Positions 63,342 to 64,000 of a stretch of DNA of 64,000 nucleotides are shown piece by piece. The stretch lies in assembly GCA_030390025.1 (NCBI GenBank), contig CM059425.1, positions 177,198,001 to 177,262,000 of the forward strand. Reading direction: 5' to 3'. The DNA comes from Squalus acanthias. Lineage: Eukaryota. The notes beneath the pieces were generated by a model. It searched no databases and was not told the origin of the DNA. It saw only the letters and a program-made list of their open reading frames with translations. The position numbers and the translations under genes were made by a program. Position 1 is the stretch's first letter, and each line of letters begins with the position of its first letter.

Positions 63342-63769
63342 GATAATTTGATTGGTTAGGGTTCAAAGACTACCACGGCTTTGGTCCAAATACCTCGTCT
63401 GACATGTTAAAATTTGGGTGATGGCAGAAAACCTTCATTTTAAATCATAGGTATTTAGAAAAATGAAATTAAGATGCAAACTTACTTCTTTGTAACAAGA
63501 TTAAAAACTCTGCTTTCATCACACCTTTCGATAAGAGAAATAAGTAAGATGTTACAACAGGCAAATTTTCAGACCTTACTAGTAGCTGAGAAAGATTGTT
63601 GACGATTCTCATGCACAAATAGAACAGACTACAAAGAACTCCTCACTCTGTATTTCCATTTTCAGCTCACAAGGTATTTTATATTTCATTCTAATAGACC
63701 TCGCCTGATATACACTGTTTGGCAGCTTTTGCCTCTCTTTGCCAAATTTCATCTCAAGCAATGCATGCT

Positions 63770-63895
63770 GTTCTTTTCTTTATCCTGGCCAATATTTATC
63801 TCTCAACCAATATCATTAAAACAGAGTCATTGCTCATTTATCTCATTGCTGTATGTGGGACCTAATGTGTAAATTGGTTGCTGTATGTCCTACTC
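63770..63895 (+). mobile_element. Deu-SINE fragment
   Basis: TCCTGGCCAATATTTATCTCTCAACCAA...CATTGCTGTATGTGGGA. Confidence 0.55.
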
Positions 63896-63897
63896 TT

Positions 63898-64000
63898 CAT
63901 AGGAACATAGGAACAGGAGTAGGCCATTTAGCCCCCTCGAGCCTGTTCCGCCATTCAGTGAGATCATGGCTGATCTGTGACCTAACTCCATATACCTGCC
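63898..64000 (-). mobile_element. CR1 3' end, running off the window
   Basis: CATAGGAACATAGGAACAGGAGTAGGCCATT...GATCATGGCTGATC. Confidence 0.85.

Noticed and set aside
63666..63673. 8-nt micro-exon (TTTCAG|CTCACAAG|GTATTT)
   Set aside because: Weak donor, frame-shifting length; expected by chance

Overview
Repeat-dominated vertebrate non-coding DNA, most likely from a shark or other cartilaginous fish. This is inferred from V-SINE/HE1-type SINEs sharing a CR1 tail, Deu-domain SINEs, and dense CR1, L2, RTE, Penelope and Harbinger content. I could not support any host protein-coding exon, rRNA, true tRNA gene or CRISPR array. The window holds several decayed PIF/Harbinger transposons (HARBI1-like transposase plus a spliced Myb/SANT-like gene) and their MITEs, a near full-length RTE LINE, a near full-length CR1, an L2, a Penelope-like element (RT + GIY-YIG), an internally deleted LTR retroelement with an env remnant, and hAT/Tigger-type MITEs. 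Many are nested with readable target-site duplications (TSDs). Most notable: (i) seven minimal type-I hammerhead ribozyme motifs with covarying stems in Penelope pseudo-LTRs and in tiny TSD-flanked derivatives whose breakpoints cluster at the ribozyme; (ii) a U_UUA_AAC-stop slippery site at the CR1 ORF1/ORF2 junction suggesting -1 frameshifting; (iii) Harbinger derivatives that lost the transposase core but keep the SANT gene; (iv) a four-level nest of elements. Coordinates were read by eye; boundaries not anchored by a TSD or terminal inverted repeat (TIR) are approximate.
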